This document shows, piece by piece, positions 61,302 to 64,000 of a stretch of DNA of 64,000 bases (position 1 is its first letter; each line of letters starts with the position of its first letter). Source of the DNA: an uncultured Alphaproteobacteria bacterium (GTDB taxonomy: Bacteria; Pseudomonadota; Alphaproteobacteria; Rhizobiales; Beijerinckiaceae); the NCBI GenBank assembly GCA_963783175.1, contig CAWANG010000035.1, forward strand, positions 62,772-126,771, given 5' to 3'. The notes under the pieces are model-generated. The model was given only the letters and a program-made list of their open reading frames with translations. It was not told where the DNA came from and did no database searches. Made by a program: the position numbers and the translations under genes.

Positions 61302-62167
61302 GCCGCGTCCTGGACCTTCGCCGGCCCCTCCCCGCTCGCCTGACCGATCGCGCGCCGCAGGACCGTGACATGCACGTGACGGTCGACGGGGTCGCTCATC
61401 CCGGCCACGGCGAGTAAAGCGTCGGCGGCCGGCGCGTCGAAGCGCGCAGCGAACCAAGGGCCGATGGCGCCGCCGAACAGGATGCGCGCATCCTCGATCA
61501 CGACTGGCGCCGCCTCGACAGCGCCGATCACGGCGCGTCCCCAGCCTCCCTCCGGATCGATCACGACCGCGCCGATCGCCTCGGCGAATTCCCCGACCTT
61601 GCGGCAATGCTTGACATAGCCCCATCGCGCCGACGGCGGCAGCGCGGGCACGCGGATCGCCGTCACGAGCTCGTCGGCGGCCAGCGCCACGTCGAACGGG
61701 CCGAGAACGAATTCGCCAATCGCGATGCGCCGGTTGCTTCGGGCGCGCGAGGCGATTTCGACTTCCGCCCCCAGGGCTGACAGCGCCGTAACCCAGTCCG
61801 CCGCCGGGTCGGCGTGGGCGAGGCTCCCCCCGACCGTGCCGCGGTTGCGCACCGCCCGGTAGGCGATGCCGGAGGCGACGCGGGCCATCATGCCGTTCGC
61901 GACATCGGCGATCCGGCCGTCCTCGATATCGGCGTGGGTCACGCAGGCGCCGATGACGAGCGCGCCGTCCGCCCGGTCGATGCGCCGCAGTTCCGGGACG
62001 CCGGAAATGTCGACAATCCGCTCCGGCTCGACCAGCCGCAGGTTGAGCATCGGGCCGAGCGATTGCCCGCCGGCCATGATCTTTGTCGTGCCCTCGGCGC
62101 CGGCGATCGTGGATAGCACGGCGGCGAGGTCGAGCGGCCTCTCCATGACGAAGCGCGCCGGCTTCAT
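61298..62167 (-). CDS. FAD-binding subunit of a xanthine dehydrogenase-family enzyme (CoxM-like)
   Basis: MAGGQSLGPMLNLR, VRNRGTVGGSLAHADP. Confidence 0.92.
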   Translation of the reverse strand: MKPARFVMERPLDLAAVLSTIAGAEGTTKIMAGGQSLGPMLNLRLVEPERIVDISGVPELRRIDRADGALVIGACVTHADIEDGRIADVANGMMARVASGIAYRAVRNRGTVGGSLAHADPAADWVTALSALGAEVEIASRARSNRRIAIGEFVLGPFDVALAADELVTAIRVPALPPSARWGYVKHCRKVGEFAEAIGAVVIDPEGGWGRAVIGAVEAAPVVIEDARILFGGAIGPWFAARFDAPAADALLAVAGMSDPVDRHVHVTVLRRAIGQASGEGPAKVQDAA

Positions 62168-64000
62168 ACGGCCGTCTCCCTTTCCGTCGCCATCGAGCGC
62201 GCTTCGAGAACAGCTTCGACAATCCGTCGCGGCGTTATCGGCGAATGGCGGAGCTCCACGCCGAGCGGTCTCAGCGCGTCGTTGACGGCGTTGGCGATCG
62301 CGGCGGGCGGGGCGATCGCGCCGCCTTCACCGACGCCCTTCGCGCCGAACTGCGTATAGGGCGAGGCCGTCTCCATGTGGACGATGCGCGCCGCTGGCGC
62401 CTCGGGCGCGCCGGGCAGAAGGTAATCGGCGAAGGTCGAGGCTTGCGGCTGCCCGGCGGCGTCGAACAGCATTTCCTCATAGAGCGCGGTGCCTATCCCT
62501 TGCGCGAGCCCACCCCATATCTGGCCGTCGACGATGAGCGGATTGACGAGGACGCCGCCGTCCTCGACCACGACGTAGTCGAGGATCTCGACTTCGCCGA
62601 GGTCCGGGTCGATCGCGACCGCGACCGCGTGGGCGGCGTAACTGAAAACTCCGGTGTCGCGCGCGGGCTTATAGCCGCTGGTAGCTTCGAGGCCGCCGGC
62701 GTCGACGTCGGCGGGGAGATCCTGCGGACGCCGATACCAGGTCCGCGCTATGGTCGGCAGCGAGACCTCTCCGGATGGACCAAGCACCCGCCCGTTCTCA
62801 AACCGCGCATCTTCGGGACGGACCTGGATGAGATGGGCGCCGATCCGCGTCGCTCTCTTGGCAAGCTCGCTGCAGGCGGCGGCAACCGCGCCCCCGGCCA
62901 TCACCATCGCCCGCGAGCCCCAGGTACCGGTCGAATAGGGGGTCATCGCGGTATCGCCCAACACCACCCGGATGCGCGCCACGGGAACGCCGAGGATTTC
63001 GTGCGCGACTTGGGAGAGCGTCGTTTCGAGACCCTGCCCGTGCGAATGGAGGCCGACCCGCAGCTCGAGCCCGCCGTCCGGCGTCAGTCGCGCGCTCGCC
63101 TGCTCACGTCCGGGCACCATGGGGATGCCCCAGCCGGCATAGACCGACGTGCCATGCGCCGACTGCTCGCAATAGATCGCCATGCCGAGCCCGATGCGGC
63201 GCCCATCCTGCTCGCCTTTTTTCTGGCGGGCGCGGATCGCGTCGGCGCCGATCGTCTCCAAAGCGCGCGCCAGCGCCTGCGGATAGTCGCCGCTATCGAA
63301 ATGCTTCCTGGTGATATTTTCGAACGGCATCTGTTCGGGCCGGACCAGATTCCGGAGTCGCACCGTCTCAGGCCTCAACCCGGCCGCCGAAGCGACCGCG
63401 TCGAGCATGAGCTCGAGAGCGAAACAGACGCCCGTCCGCGCGACGCCGCGATAGGGCAGGATCGGGCATTTGTTGGTTGCGACCGACCAGGTCCGGCAGC
63501 GATAGGCCGGAATATCGTAGGGGCCCGGCAGGATGCTCGCCACCTGAGCGGCTTCCAGACAGGCGGAGAACGGATAGGCCGAGTAGGCGCCGGAATCGAC
63601 CATCGCCTCGCACTCGAGGCCGCGCAAGCGCCCATCGCGCTCGGTATAGACGGTGATCTCGTAATGGTGCTCGCGGCAATTCGCGTTTGCCGTCAGATGC
63701 TCGCGCCGGTCCTCGAGCCAGCGAACGGCATGCCGTCGGCGAAGCGCGAGCCAGCCGAGGCATATTTCCTCGGCAAGCAGAATAGCCTTGTAGCCGAAGC
63801 CGCCGCCGACGTCCGGCGAGATGATGCGAATGCGGCCTTCCTCCAGGCCCAGGCATTCGGCGAGGCCGGTGCGAATGACATGCGGCATCTGGCTCGCGGT
63901 ATGGAGCACGAGCTGGTCGGCGCGATGGTCGATGACGGCCACGCAGCCGCGTCCCTCGATCGGCGCCATGCACTGGCGCCCCGTCGAGATCCTGCGCGTG
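62164..64000 (-). CDS. Molybdopterin-binding subunit of a xanthine dehydrogenase-family enzyme (5' end beyond the window)
   Basis: VGGGFGYK, PYRGVAR, HSHGQGLETT, GGLAQGIG, KGVGEGG; frame open to position 64000. Confidence 0.93.
   Translation of the reverse strand, partial: TRRISTGRQCMAPIEGRGCVAVIDHRADQLVLHTASQMPHVIRTGLAECLGLEEGRIRIISPDVGGGFGYKAILLAEEICLGWLALRRRHAVRWLEDRREHLTANANCREHHYEITVYTERDGRLRGLECEAMVDSGAYSAYPFSACLEAAQVASILPGPYDIPAYRCRTWSVATNKCPILPYRGVARTGVCFALELMLDAVASAAGLRPETVRLRNLVRPEQMPFENITRKHFDSGDYPQALARALETIGADAIRARQKKGEQDGRRIGLGMAIYCEQSAHGTSVYAGWGIPMVPGREQASARLTPDGGLELRVGLHSHGQGLETTLSQVAHEILGVPVARIRVVLGDTAMTPYSTGTWGSRAMVMAGGAVAAACSELAKRATRIGAHLIQVRPEDARFENGRVLGPSGEVSLPTIARTWYRRPQDLPADVDAGGLEATSGYKPARDTGVFSYAAHAVAVAIDPDLGEVEILDYVVVEDGGVLVNPLIVDGQIWGGLAQGIGTALYEEMLFDAAGQPQASTFADYLLPGAPEAPAARIVHMETASPYTQFGAKGVGEGGAIAPPAAIANAVNDALRPLGVELRHSPITPRRIVEAVLEARSMATERETAV

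Noticed and set aside
60096-64000. Aerobic CO dehydrogenase operon
   Set aside because: No AYxCSFR motif and gene order is L-M-S rather than M-S-L.

Overview
GC-rich alphaproteobacterial chromosome segment (Hyphomicrobiales/Rhizobiales-like; the lineage is an inference from gene content and repeat types). Left to right it holds: (1) a P4-family integrase downstream of tRNA-Leu(CAA), marking the edge of an island that continues left of the window; (2) yqaA and dsbB; (3) an operon with a sigma-54-type promoter encoding an HlyD-like adaptor, an NfrB-like GT2 and WecB; (4) housekeeping genes rpoH, an RluA-family synthase, a homocysteine methyltransferase, rpe, cysD and cysNC; (5) two orphan genes (an Ig-like repeat protein with a putative peptidase-like C-terminal domain, and a putative beta-propeller), each preceded by a copy of a ~250 bp dispersed element with 21-bp periodicity, a third copy of which precedes the glycan operon; (6) the aerobic benzoyl-CoA (box) pathway; (7) ppk2, dgoK, dgoA, a ROK kinase, gnd and a GH63-like glucosidase; (8) a class V aminotransferase and an FAD/Fe-S oxidoreductase; (9) an 8-gene catabolic operon of unknown substrate; (10) a GH94/discoidin-GH/GH3/BacA-type ABC glycan locus; (11) the end of a xanthine-dehydrogenase-family molybdoenzyme operon. 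Seven genes each carry a single extra base (+1 frameshift), most likely consensus errors. All calls come from manual translation and motif recognition; no database searches were run.
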